A DNA stretch of 64,000 nt from Octopus sinensis (Eukaryota): contig NC_043013.1 in the NCBI RefSeq assembly GCF_006345805.1, forward strand, positions 30,690,001-30,754,000, given 5' to 3'. Below are positions 43,205-56,159 of the stretch, piece by piece; position 1 is the stretch's first letter; the number at the start of each line of letters is the position of its first letter. The translations under genes were made by a program, and so were the position numbers. The notes beneath the pieces were generated by a model, which ran no database searches, was not told the DNA's origin, and worked only from the letters and a program-made list of their open reading frames with translations.

Positions 43205-43460
43205 GTCTATAACGAATTATGAGGATTCGAAAATTCCTTACCGAACAACCACACATACGATTTGTTTATAGGGATCAAATATTTATGTAGACATAAGCTC
43301 ACTCCTTTCCTCAAATTGCCATTACCTGTACAGATGTCAGATGTCGATCGCAGAACAACGTGGAATGAAGGGGTTTGCTCAAGAACACAGCACAACGCCC
43401 GTCTAGGAATCGAACCCATGATCTCGCAATCGTGAGTGCAACACTCTAACCCCTAAGACA
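43205..43460 (-). mobile_element. tRNA-derived SINE
   Basis: Minus strand GGGGTTAGAGTGTTGCACTCACGATTGCGAGATCATGGGTTCGATTCC (B-box), then CORE-like GTGTTCTTGAGCAA. Confidence 0.7.
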
Positions 43461-43903
43461 TGCATCTAAACAACGTATATATTTCTTTCAGTTTGCCTCT
43501 AGCAAAACCACTAACAAGTTTTTTGTCGGCCGGGGATTATAATAACAACACTTCACAATTACCGATAACACCTCGCTGTAGAGAAATTTCTTAACCAACG
43601 CAACGCTGGTAATTATATGCTTATGATTACGTTGAATATTTTATAATATATCAACATTGCATTTTTTAATGCAGCAATGAGTCAAATAAATACGGTATAG
43701 CCGTTAATTAGCGCCAGGAAATATAGCAAACTTCACGTATAGACATACGCATATACATATATAGATAAATATATACATACAAATATTATGCATAAATACG
43801 TTTCTTCTATTTAATATTTTTCATATATTTTATATATTGATCTGTCTAATTGTGCTTATTCCTTTCTATACATAAATTCTTACATTATATATATATATAC
43901 ATA

Positions 43904-44012
43904 TATAAGCGAGTTACCACTATATGGTCACAAAAAATTTTTTTAGTGGTTAATACCACAGCAGATCTATTTTTAGCGCCAGAGTCGACCATATAGTGGT
44001 CACTCTCTTATA
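43904..44012. mobile_element. 109-bp miniature inverted-repeat element in TA-rich context
   Basis: 26-bp TIRs matching at 24/26 positions (TATAAG.GAGT.ACCACTATATGGTC). Confidence 0.65.
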
Positions 44013-44121
44013 TATGTGTATATAAATTTTTATTATATCCCTGGTTTTTTATGCGCTAAGCCACTTGGTGTTAAATTGATGGTATTATTAAATTAATATC
44101 CAACTTTCCACCTTTATTTTT

Positions 44122-44162
<41 letters not shown>

Positions 44163-46389
44163 GAGAGAGAGAGAAATAGATAGATAGATTGATAAAGAGC
44201 CAGATAGATAGATAGAAATACATATATCGTTAGACAAAGATTAAAATACATTATAATCAAAAGATGAGACATATTCATTGTTTTCCCACAGGCACTTTGG
44301 AAAGTTATTGATGCTCAATTATCCAATTTTTACAATTTCAACAAGTTGTAGTGGTCCGGTCGTCGGTCAGTATAATATATATTATGCTAGACCAAAGCTA
44401 TGCACGACGCTGGTAAATGTGTTTATTTTTAAATGGATGCTGGATAATTATGGTGGGCACTGAGGTGAGGATAGGGGAGTTTGGAGGAGTAAGAGATTAC
44501 TCAACTGACTCAGTCATCAACCTCTTTATGTGAATATTAACTGGTTCTCCTAGAGCGTTATGACTATAGGAAAATGCACACAGGTGCACGTACGCATACA
44601 CACACACACACACTACACATATCCATGCATGTACACGCACCTGTGCACACACACTCACACACACATATTACGTTCAAATTTAAGAAACGCGTATTCTAGA
44701 AAACATATTCACCTTAAATAAAATTTCCAGCCTCTTGAGTCACAAACGAAAATGTTGGCGGGCTACACAGATTAGTATTCGTACCGCAGGAAAATTCTCT
44801 GTAAATACTTACTACCAAATAAATGGACAATTTGAGTATTGCATGGTTAAAATTATTCATTAAAAAACTGAAATATATTAAAATCCTCCTTTATTTGTAA
44901 CATTCACGCGCATAGAAAACAGTTTCAAAACTTGAACCTCACACAAGCAACACAAATTTTGAGCCTCATTTAATCAATGAAAACGACTTCGAAGTTTTTG
45001 CAAGTGTTGGAAGCCAATAAAATATATTTAAATTTGCACATAATTTTCAACATAATTTCTACCATGTATTTTGAATATGAGTAATTTAATCTTATGGATG
45101 AATGCTATTCAATTGATTTCAAACATGGATCCGGATAAGTTCAAGAACACTAACGTATATTTAAACATGATTAAATGTGATTTGCATAAATTAGCATATG
45201 TAGCTAAGACAGCATATTTTCACCATGCTATATATTTTATTCATTTTTCATTGTCAATACTACATATGCTTGTGTTTGCTGTGCTTGTATATGTTCATGA
45301 ATTATTAATTTACATCGAACTTTCCCCGAAATTTCCAGATATGGATCCCTCGTAATCAATTACTGACTTTCTGACTTTATGCAATGGGCTTGATTGAATT
45401 CTATTTCTACACCTGTAGCTGTGCAATGGCTAATTCTCTACACATATACTCTACATCAAAGGTTCTCAAATTTGGCGCTACCCCCACCCCCAGTGGGCGT
45501 TGAGGCGGTCCAGGTGGGCGCTGGAGTCTACATCATACTTAGAACATTACGATATGACTTATAAGCAAAATCGCATGCCTTAGCAAACTACAACTCTTTT
45601 CCAACAATGCGAAACTTTTGCCATTGTGTTCTCTCGCTACTATATCGATATCTCACTCTTTGATCATCTAGGTTGTTGCTGCCTTGTCTAAAGGGAACTC
45701 CATCTGCTTTTTTTCTTTTCTTAATCATACGCTGTGCCTTTCCTGTCATACTTAACATTCCGCTCAAGATATATCAATATATAATATACAAACTGAAATT
45801 TAAAATCTATCTACATTGGTAGGAAATTCCCTGAGCATTGCGCTTCATTGTGAATACACTACAAAATCAGATCGTAACTTCTTGGGTGATTGAATTTATG
45901 TAAAAGATACTACGATTTAAAGTCAAAGAAGGATTCTGCTTGAGGTACTAGAGGCAGCAAAGTTTTAGCGAATTATCTCCTTTACATTTTAATGACTAAT
46001 TTTATAATTCTATTTGATATGACTGATTAATAATTTCTGATACCATTATACTTGCGCCATGAATTGATGACGTGGTTGGGAAGATAGCTGGCTCTCACCA
46101 GTTCAGCAGCATTGTAGAATATGAATAGAATACCATACAATATTCTACACACATGTTTTTTTTTACTTATTTCCCGTTAGTGGCGTGTTACCCATTGAAT
46201 ATTGTGTATCAAAACCATCCGGACCAAGATCTCTATTTAAAATAAATTTGCCGAATATCTGTCATCTATAAAAACTTTATTAATTTGCTTAATCAAAAGT
46301 TACTAAATGCATTACTTTCTAATATAGATTTGCATACATTATTTACATTATTTACATTCGGCGTATATTTCTCCTCATCTTTTAGTTGT

Positions 46390-46438
46390 TAACACAACGT
46401 TTCGGCTGATATACCCTCCACCCTTCTTCAGGTGTCTT
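46390..46438 (-). ncRNA. minimal type I hammerhead ribozyme motif
   Basis: GACAC-CTGAAGA-A-GGGTG..CAGCC-GAAA-CG-TT/GTGTT. Confidence 0.6.
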
Positions 46439-46700
46439 GGGGAAATTTCGAACCTGGGTTTTCATTCCTAAGGTATTTTTCGATGTTGTTATGGTTGTTG
46501 TTGTTATTATTATCATTATTAATATTATTATTATTATCATTATCATTATTATTATTAGTGTTCAGGTCATTCCTTTGAATCGAACTCGGAATATTGGAGT
46601 TAGTAGCCCGCGCTCTTAACCACTACGCCATATGCCCATGGGGAATTATGGAGTGAAAAAATAACTTAGGAATGAGAACCCATGTTCAAAATTTCTGCAA

Positions 46701-46746
46701 GATACCTGAAGAAGGCTGGTGGGTATATCGACCGAAACGTTGTGTT
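46701..46746 (+). ncRNA. minimal type I hammerhead ribozyme motif (inverted partner)
   Basis: GATAC-CTGAAGA-A-GGCTG..CGACC-GAAA-CG-TT/GTGTT. Confidence 0.55.
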
Positions 46747-47840
46747 AACAACAAACAAGATGTGGACAAATATCCGTCGAATGTAAATAATGTAAATAAC
46801 GTAAATAATGTACATAATTCCTCATCTCTTAAATACAGAACTGTATAGATTTGCATATTACTCAAGATTAAGTCAGAATATCATATCGGAATTTTAAAGT
46901 GAAATTAGGAAATGCGTTAGGTTTCAGGTCCAAGGCATTTATTAACACTTTATTAACAATCTACTAACAATCGATGAACATACGCCACTCCATTATATGC
47001 CAATGATGTAACAAAAGTCTACTGTATATTGCCTATCAATATGAACTGACATATTTATGTTATTTATTAGACATGGCTAGTATAGTTGTGTGCAGTTAGA
47101 TCTCAACTCAGTATATAAATCAATGAGACATAACGTGCTGTAGAGAGATGCGCCACAGTATATTTTCTAATTCACACGTTATTATATACATGTAGTCATT
47201 GAAGTACGGAACATTAAATATACGAATGATTCTCGATAAATACAAACAATTCCTGTTGTAAATATGATGATGAAAGTATAGGTTACGAAAATCAGTTGAT
47301 GTAATTCATTTTTCGATCGGACTAGAAATTATATCACGTCGGAATTGACTTTCACTACTAGTTTTGGTAAGATAATTAATTACATCTACCGGGGATGAAA
47401 TAATCGAATATATATTCTCCATAAAAATATATCCAGCATCATATCTATTTTAGAAAACATTATTAATGGCATGCATCATATAGTGTGCTATATAGCCGTC
47501 TGCTTGTCTTAGCTGGGGGTATTAAACCGGTGCTTATGTAAAAAAAAAAAAAACGCTTTTATTAATTGACTGCTTCTAGGAAAGAAATTATTATAAACGG
47601 TGAGGAATCCTAACGATATTCGATTATATTTTTAGCCTAGGATTATTAAAAGAATATAGCAAATTATTTGCATGTATCTGAATATTGAAACGTCATTGTG
47701 GATAGGCTCAGTATTGAACAAACACAGAACATATACTTATTATCTACCCATAAAATAGTTTTATGTTGCATTAGCAGCCGTAGGAAAGTGTAAGTGGAGT
47801 AACACAATAGATCACATACAAGCACACACACACATTCACA

Positions 47841-47887
<47 letters not shown>

Positions 47888-48006
47888 CGGGCTAGTTCCA
47901 GTTTTCCTTATATAAAATCGACAGATGGGAAAGGAGTCACATAGTGGGACTGATCTCGGAAGGACGCGTTTCGGAAACAAACTTCTCACTAAACATTCAC
48001 GTATGC

Positions 48007-48112
<106 letters not shown>

Positions 48113-48205
48113 GAGTAAGCACATAAAAGTGAAACATGGTGGAAAAAAGAGTACTCAAATACCAGATGTGGAGTAATATGCTTTACTTAAAAGCAGCAGA
48201 AATAT

Positions 48206-48258
48206 AACAAAAGCTGTTACTCGGAGTTTCACTTTCCCGTTCGTCGGACAGTTTTGTT
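48206..48258 (-). ncRNA. hammerhead-like motif with variant core CCGACGA
   Basis: AACAAAACTGT-CCGACGA-AC(GGGAAA)GT-GAAA-CTC.GAG-TA/ACAG-C-TTTTGTT. Stem I is 11 bp with one bulge. Confidence 0.6.
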
Positions 48259-48750
48259 AAAATAGAACAGAAATAACAATTTGATCAAAACTAGTTAAAG
48301 GATACACCTTTAAAAATGGATTTGTTTCATTGGTCCTTTCAAATAACGGTCTTAGGCAAGCGATAAACAAAGTAAACAAAGTAAATGAGTTCCATATAAA
48401 TTATAAAAATCGAGGAAAAACCTTAAATCAAACAGTTGATTCAAATGCATATTGTCATTAATGATATAGAAAACATAATTCGATTAATGCAATTAATACA
48501 TAAAAATTAAAATTAAAATATATTTCACAACAATATATACTCATACTAAGTGTATATATATATATATGGATTAGGTCACCTTCTCTGGGTTGCTATTAAA
48601 ACTTTTTTAAAATTCTGTGATAAGACTGTACATCATCTTTAAAGAACTTTAATGAACTTTGGATATCTGTTTATGTTTATGTTACTTAATTATCTTCATT
48701 ACTTCATGAGTATAGCCTCAACCACTAGGATGTCTAGAGAACGCACATGT

Positions 48751-48842
48751 ATTTTAGCTGATGAGTACGGGACACGTTTATATGCTGTAATTTTTGCAAC
48801 TTTTAATAAAGCCTGTCCTTGTATGAAACGATTGTACTAAAA
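48751..48842 (+). ncRNA. type I hammerhead ribozyme motif
   Basis: TTTTAG-CTGATGA-GTACGGGAC...GTCCTTGTAT-GAAA-CGATTG-TA/CTAAAA. Confidence 0.75.
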
Positions 48843-48883
48843 ACCTATCCATTCTTGTTGCTTCTTTCTCGCGTATATATATA

Positions 48884-48958
<75 letters not shown>

Positions 48959-49129
48959 CGTGTGTCTGCGATGGATAAATTGTCGCCATTATATATTTTT
49001 TATTTCATGCATACGTATTTGTTTCTTCTCATTGTTTTACTCTACTATACAATAAGGTCAGTTGAGCACCGTCTGTGAGAGGAATAGCGCCATGACGCAA
49101 TTCACTCGGTATTTCATAGTGTTTAGGGG

Positions 49130-49830
49130 TCGATCTGAGGTCAATGCATGGATGTGTCTAATGGTGATTACGATGGTACAGCATCTCGGAAAACTCAGTC
49201 TGATTGTTCTGATAAGTTAAGAACTCTTGAATTTGTTTGGAGATCAAGGCCATGATTGACAACCATTCCTGCAAGTCAATCATTGCCAGGGATATGGGCG
49301 TGTCTGATTTTCATATTAGACAGGTAGGACATGAAGACATTCGGTATTCCTGATACACGATGTGAAAGGGATCAATTTTTCTCCCAAGCTATGAAGGACA
49401 ATAGGAAAGACCGCACTACGAAGCTTTTGAACAAACTCAACCATTTCTGCCAGGATCAGATAGTGAACGCACAGAACAACCATTGTCTTACCATGTCACC
49501 AAAATATGTCCCGAGAGGGATAAAAATCAGACATCCAGTCAAAATCATGGTGTTTGGATTGATCATTAGTGATGGCGACGTTATGCCTCAATTAATCTTC
49601 CCACACTGCCCCAGACTCAACACCGTGAGTGCCTGGAGGAAATAGTATTGCTCTAGATCAAGAGTGTGGCTACCGGAAGACACTATCTCTGGCAACAGGA
49701 CTCTACACCATGCCGCACAAGCAGGAGAACCAAGTCATATGTGTCAGACAAATTCTACGACCACATCACCCCTAACATCTGACCTCTTAAGTCCACAGAC
49801 TGCAAACCCCTTGATTATTATGTGTAATTG
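49130..49830 (+). mobile_element. maT/DD37D-like (Tc1/mariner superfamily) transposase remnant
   Basis: IRHPVKIMVFGLIISDGDVMPQLIF; WQQDSTPCRTSRRT...ITPNI*PLKSTDCKPLDYYV (QQD.AP.H and WP..SPD.NPLDY motifs). Confidence 0.7.
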
Positions 49831-51041
49831 AGTAGCAATTGAATCTTCGTTGGACAAGAAGTAATGTTGTTAGGATTATGTATTCTCATTAAATTGGGCA
49901 TATTAACCGTCACACAAGTATGTACAGCTAAGCAAGTCGGTATTTCTATGATACACATAGACAACTAGGTCCCGTGAATCTTCAGCGAGACATTTGTGCG
50001 TTTATCCTCTATAACATATTTATGCAGATCATTGCTTATTTTGATCACTATTTACTATCATGTTCCTTGTGGTATATAAAATGATATTTGCTAACGTAAA
50101 TTTAAAACTTGGTATATTTTATATGATGTTTCTAGAAAACAACTTTCTATTTTTGAACCTGAAGGTATGTTAAGCAGATATCTAAAGAGATTTCGGTCTC
50201 TCCTAAACTTTTCGAAACTTGAAAGAAAATACATTTATTTTTAATAGAGCGATTGAACTTTGTTTTGAACTCTGCATCTTTACCATACTGTGTAAATCAA
50301 TTCATACTTATATTGACACCAAGTTATTTCCCTGAGCTAAGAAGATAACAGAAGTAATATGAAGTCAGTAAGTGAAATATAGATTTCCAAAGTAAAGTTA
50401 GGTGATCAACTCGAACGAAGAACATAAAAATTAAAACAAATAAATCGCAAACAATAAAGCTGCTTTGTATCTTGTAAATGGATATAAATTTGCAGTGATA
50501 TTATTGAGAGATGAAAATAATCTCTAAATTTCAATAGGTTATCACACAATTTAATGTGAGTTATCAACACAAAATGTTTAGAGCATTTTAAATTTTGAGA
50601 GAATAAGACTTCTGAAATAAAAACATTATAACCCTTGGTATCAGTAGTTGGCTTCAACCTAATGGGGATCATAGAGAAAAGAACGTGATATATGATAATT
50701 GATTTCGACATTTACATAATAATTGCTTTCTTATACTTATTTTGTTTTCGAGTTACAGATTTGATTGAGACACATACGTATTTGCAGATTACTCTACAGC
50801 ATAGTTAAAAATAACTCACATTCTATTCTAATATAAAGCTATCAAGTTACTATATATATATTAAATACAAACATAATAAAGTTAACACACATTCACTCAC
50901 ACATACACATACGTATATATATATATATATATATAAATATATATATATAATATATATATATATATGTATATAATATATACATCAGAATATATATATATAT
51001 TATATATATATAACCAAGAAAAAAGTAACAAGAATGGATCA

Positions 51042-51137
51042 GTAATTTAGTACAATTGTTTCATACTAAGAACATGTTTATTTAAAGCTGCAAATATTAC
51101 AGCAAATATAATGTCAAGTATTCGTCAGCTAAGTCAC
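51042..51137 (-). ncRNA. type I hammerhead ribozyme motif
   Basis: GTGACTTAG-CTGACGA-ATACT...AGTAT-GAAA-CAATTG-TA/CTAAATTAC. Confidence 0.8.
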
Positions 51138-52099
51138 ATATATGTTTTCCAAACATCCTAGAGAGTGTAAATATCCTAATGAAGTATTCAGAGTACGTTC
51201 TATGAATTTGAAGTAAAGTAATAAGCAGACTTTATATGTTTTCCAACAATGCACAGTTTTTAAAAAAATATTTAAAATGATTATTAACTTCTCAGAGGAG
51301 GTAAATCCTACCATAAATGTGTTGATACAAATTACAGGTAACATGAGGAAAGGTGTTGTTAACACAATGGTTCAGTTCACATCTAACTGTTGCAGATAGA
51401 ATTTAGTAGTAGTAAGAAATTTAGCGAGGTAGGTTTAGTGAAATAAAGGACATTATGGGAGGAAAGGAGTGGATGAGTAAGAGGGAATAAGAGTGCCACA
51501 GACGAAGATTAGTCTTTTTCTGTGGTGACAGAAAATCTAGGTCAATGTTGAAGGAATCTTGAATTTATAAAGGAACGGTAGGTTTGACCACCACCGGCTC
51601 TGAACTTAGAGCCTCACAGAGTTAATGGTAGGGTAAAGAGCACAGAGAGATCAAAGGAAAGTGTTAAAGGGGTCATAGGTTATCAGTAGAGGAAGATACA
51701 GTAAGAAAGTTAAGGATAAGACTAGAAAAGAGGGTTATTTATTTATTATTGTTTCTCTTTTAACTTTTGTTTATATATTGTAAGAAATAATTTACGTCGA
51801 AATCTAGAGGTCAAATAAATTCAATAGCAATTAGTAGGGGGATTTTACTTATTCAGGAATATAGTGGAAATTAAATGTATCCTTATGAGAATAGTATAAC
51901 ATATTAAATTTAGAATAGAATTAAGAAAGTTTAGCAAATTTATATGATTTAAGTAAGGTTAATTAAATTGACTATAAAGTCAATGAAAAGTTAGCATAGT
52001 ACAAATATTATTTATTTTTTTATATTAAAAAGGTACAGTTAGAAAGAACACCAGTGGGAGAACCTATACATTTCTATTTATTTCTATTTAAAATATTTT

Positions 52100-52530
52100 A
52101 GAGTTTTGATTTTTGAGTGAATACAAGATTAACCTAATTCTATACGGTTATTCAGTAGATCTTTATCTCTTCTATGCTTTAGAATCTCATATGTCTCCAT
52201 GGAACAGAGTTGACAACACACCCTGTTATTCTTATAAGGTACTGCCTTTCTAACTATTTCCCATTTTAGGTTATATTTCATATTATTAGTTTTGAGCTCC
52301 CAATTTTTACTGGAAAATGTGGTGCAACCAGCTTAATGATCTAACTTAAAAGAGGAGAGATGATTGCTACTTCTTTGCTTAAAATTTATCGTACAGCCTA
52401 AATAAAAAAAAATTACTATTCGAAGTTGTTATAGTACATTTATAGATTACATTATGGACCCCACACCGACCAGATGCCAGACATTTAGACTTAATCCTAC
52501 AATTGCAACTATGGGGATAATTTTCAGATT
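52100..52530 (-). mobile_element. Penelope-like (Neptune-type) GIY-YIG endonuclease remnant
   Basis: CNCRIKSKCLASGRCGVHNVIYKCTIT...LGCTINFKQRSSNHLSSF...WELKTNNMKYNLKWEIVRKAVPYKNNRVCCQLCSMETYEIL. Confidence 0.8.
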
Positions 52531-52834
52531 TAGAATTGTTTAAGGATAGATCTCTCATATTGCTGTTATTCAAATTATTATGAGTATTATTTTCGTTATT
52601 ATAGGTAATACTATTATCTGAAGTTGGGCTACTATTTATCGGTCCGTTTACACTATCATTTAGATCTACAATAGCGATATCACAATTACCCACGTTATTG
52701 GTATTGTTATTATTATTGCTTATATTTGTATCTGAATGGTCATTACTGTTATAGACATAATTATTATCTTCATTACTGATATTATTTCTATTTGAATTGC
52801 CCGTATTATTATCATTATTATCAAAATGCTGAAA

Positions 52835-52884
<50 letters not shown>

Positions 52885-52959
52885 CGCGTGTGTATGTATG
52901 AGTGAGTGTGTGTTAAGAGTATTATATGTTTGTACATAATAACTTAATAAATTTATATA

Positions 52960-55900
52960 TATGGCACAAAAATTGTTCAGGAGCTGACCTGGCTACAAGC
53001 ACAAAGCTGGAACTACCACCACATAAGGCCACCACCAACAGATGCAGGATGGCCACCACAGACACCAACACCAACACATACACCACAAAAATATTTCTAC
53101 TGAACGTAGGAGGGCTGCTGCGCGGAAACTGTAAGAGGAAAATCTCATTTCTGAGAGACCTTGTGACATGCAATCAAGCTATATGCATGGCACTCACAGA
53201 AACGCATCTTGAACCCGATATAGGTGATGCAGAAATACACATGCCGCAATATGCAGTCATACGCACAGATAGAAAAGAGAGGAACCATGGTGGAGTTGCA
53301 ATGTACATCCGAGATAACCTCACGCCCCAGGTCCTGTTGTCATATTCAAACTCAGTATGTGAAACTCAAATTGTACACATAAGACAACTGAATATCGTCA
53401 TATGCACTACATATCGCCCACCAGCTGCCCCAAATCACTCAGGCATGTTTGAAGACTGCCTAACAAAAATAGGAGAAGTTCTCACCAACCTTGAACAACA
53501 CAACAGTGTATTCTTCATGGGTGACTTTAACCTCCCCAATGTGGAATGGCCTGGGGGGCAGATGCTCCCAGGGATGACACACCATCAGCAGGCACAGGCA
53601 GAGTCCCTGCTCCATATCACAAATGCCTCTTTCATGGAGCAAATAGTTCTGCACCAACAAGGGCAGATAATATACTGGATCTCTGCTTCACAAACAATAT
53701 GGATATTATCCATAATGTTAATGAGATTCCCACAATGATCTCGGATCACAACATAATAGAGCTGTCTATGTATGGAACAAAAGCCCCCATAGACACATAG
53801 CCTATACGAAGCATCCACCATCTCTCCAACTTAAACTTTCATAAAGTAAACTGGAAGTTGATTGAGAAAGAGATCCTCAAACAGGATTGGCCTAAATGTC
53901 TCTCCACACCGGACATAAACATGTAACACAAACACTTCATGTCCATAATACAAGCCATATGTGACAAATATGTCCCAGTGTGCAGGGCCAGCACACACAA
54001 AAACAAAAACAGGATCCCTAGAGAAAGGAAGATTCTTATGAGACGACGGACAAGGATTGCGAACCGCCTGAGCAAGCACACAAAAAGTGGTGAGAAGTCT
54101 CGGCTCGAGAGAATGCTAATGGAAATTGAGAAAAGGCTGCATCAGTCCCATGAAAAGGAGAGAGCAGATAAAGAAGCTTGGGTAATAGAAAATATAAAAT
54201 CAAACCCTAAAGCTTTCTTTAAGTTTGCCAAAGAGACAGCCACAGTGCACCAGAGAATAGGACCTCTCTTCCAAAAAGATGGCTCTCTCACAGGAAATCC
54301 CATGAGGATAAGTGAAATACTGAACGAACAATTCCAAAGTGTGTTCACTATACCTCTAGGACACAGGCATGTCAACAAACCAGAAGAATTCTTTGCCACT
54401 TTACCTGCTGCCAAAGAGGCAAAAATTGAGTACATCAACATCGAAGATGATGATATCACACTAGCCATATATGAGATTGACACAAACTCAGCTGCTGGAC
54501 CTGATGGATTCCCAGCGATACTTCTCAAATCGTGCAAACGAGCCCTTGCAAAACCGCTACAGCTTCTTTTTCAGAGATTTCTTGCAAGTGGTAAGCTCCC
54601 AGTCAAATTGAAAAAAGGGGGTAGTATGCCCTATCCATAAGGGAGGTAGCAGAGCAGATGCTAAAAATTATAGGCCTGTCTCTCTGACCTCACACATCAG
54701 CAAAGTCATGAAACGAATAGTCCGTAAGAAACTAATTATGTTCCTTGAAGAATATGACTTGCTGTCTGACTCCCAGCATGGATTTCGACCAGGTAGAAGC
54801 TGCCTAACACAGCTCCTGCAACACTATGACCGGGTGTTGAAACAGCTACTAAATGGCTCAAATGTGGATGTAATATATCTCGAATTTGCAAAAGCCTTTG
54901 ATAAAGTCGACCATGGTATGATCTGTCACAAACTGCGTGGTCTCGGCATAGGCGGAAAACTTGAAGAGTGGCTGCACAACTACCTAAAAGACAGAAAACA
55001 GGCAGTTGTGAGCAATGGAGCCACCTCCAAGGAAACACAAATAACGGTGTCCCACAGGGCACTGTCTTGGGGCCACTGATGTTCATAGTGGCCCTTTCAG
55101 ACATGCCTTCAGTTGCTACGATGACCACCCTTGCTAGCTATGCAGATGACACAAAAGTCTCCAACGCAATACAAAACCCTGAAATATTGCGCATCTGCAA
55201 CAAGAGTTGGACACAATATACAGGTGGGCTGAGGACAACAACATGCAGTTTAATGCAGGTAAGTTCCAGGCCCTGCGCTACTGGCACACAAAGGTAAACC
55301 ACGTGCAGACTGGATACACTGGCCCAGAAAGAATTGCAATCCCTGAGTCAAAATCAGTGCGTGACCTGGACATTGACATGAGCAATGATTCATCTTTCCA
55401 AGTGCATATTGCTAATCTGGTGATAAAATGCAGACGGCTAGCTGGATGGATTCTCCGAACTTTCAGAACAAGAGAGAAGGAGACACTGATGGTCCTATGG
55501 AAAACATTCGTCCTCGGCCGCTTGGACTACTGCTCCCAACTATGGTCACCACACAATATAAAGCTAAGAGCAGAACTCAAGCAATTCAGAGAAGCTACAC
55601 AAAGAAAATCGTCTCAATGCAAAATATCAGCTACTGGGAAAGACTGAAGATATTAAACCTCTTCTCCCTAGAGCGGAGGCGGGAGAGATATGCGGTGATA
55701 TACATCTGGAAAATCCTGGAGGGTCTTGTCCCAGACTTTGGCATTCAAAGTTAACCCAACCAGAGAACGGGGCGCCACTGCATGGTGCCAAAGATTCCAA
55801 CATCACCATCAAAATACACGTCCAGATACTGCAATAGCTTGGGTTTCAGAGGACAACAGCTCTTTAGAATCCTCCCTAAATGCCTGAGAGACTTACATGG

Positions 55901-56130
55901 TGTGGATGTGGGTTTCTTTAAAACTAAACTGGATCTCTTCTTGTCGGGAGTCCCAGATGAACCTACCTCACAACAGGAGACGCAGATGCGGGCAGCAGTG
56001 TCGAACTCCCTTGTTGATCAAGTGCCACGTATCAAAGGTGGATTCACATATTAGTATAGCTCATTCAGTGGTGGTGCCCCAGCATGGCCGCGGCCTCCAG
56101 GCTAAAACATTTTAAAGGATTTAAGGATTT
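52960..56130 (+). mobile_element. CR1/L2-like LINE, near-complete ORF2 (APE + RT) broken by frameshifts and stops
   Basis: APE: LLNVGGL, ALTETHL, GGVAMYI, YRPP, GDFNLP, DLCFTN, SDH. RT: AAGPDGFP, NYRPVSLTS, QHGFRPGRSCLTQLL, AKAFDKVDH, GVPQGTVLGPLMF, YADDTK. C-terminal LERRRERY; tail AAGGATTT x2. Confidence 0.95.
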
Positions 56131-56159
56131 ATATATATATATATATATATTTCTTCCGG

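Larger units (their letters stand above)
46337..46843. mobile_element. tRNA-headed element with inverted hammerhead-containing tails, inside a 14-bp direct repeat
   Basis: tRNA-like head on the minus strand at 46560-46637. Tails at 46337-46490 (-) and ~46660-46843 (+). TATAGATTTGCATA at 46323-46336 and 46844-46857. Confidence 0.8.

Noticed and set aside
45455-45520. hAT/Charlie-like terminal sequence (GGTTCTCAAA...GC-rich)
   Set aside because: No matching second TIR, TSD or transposase motif was found.
46560-46637. Functional tRNA gene
   Set aside because: A and B boxes are present, but there is no 3' sequence complementary to the GGGCATA acceptor arm. It is a SINE-type head.
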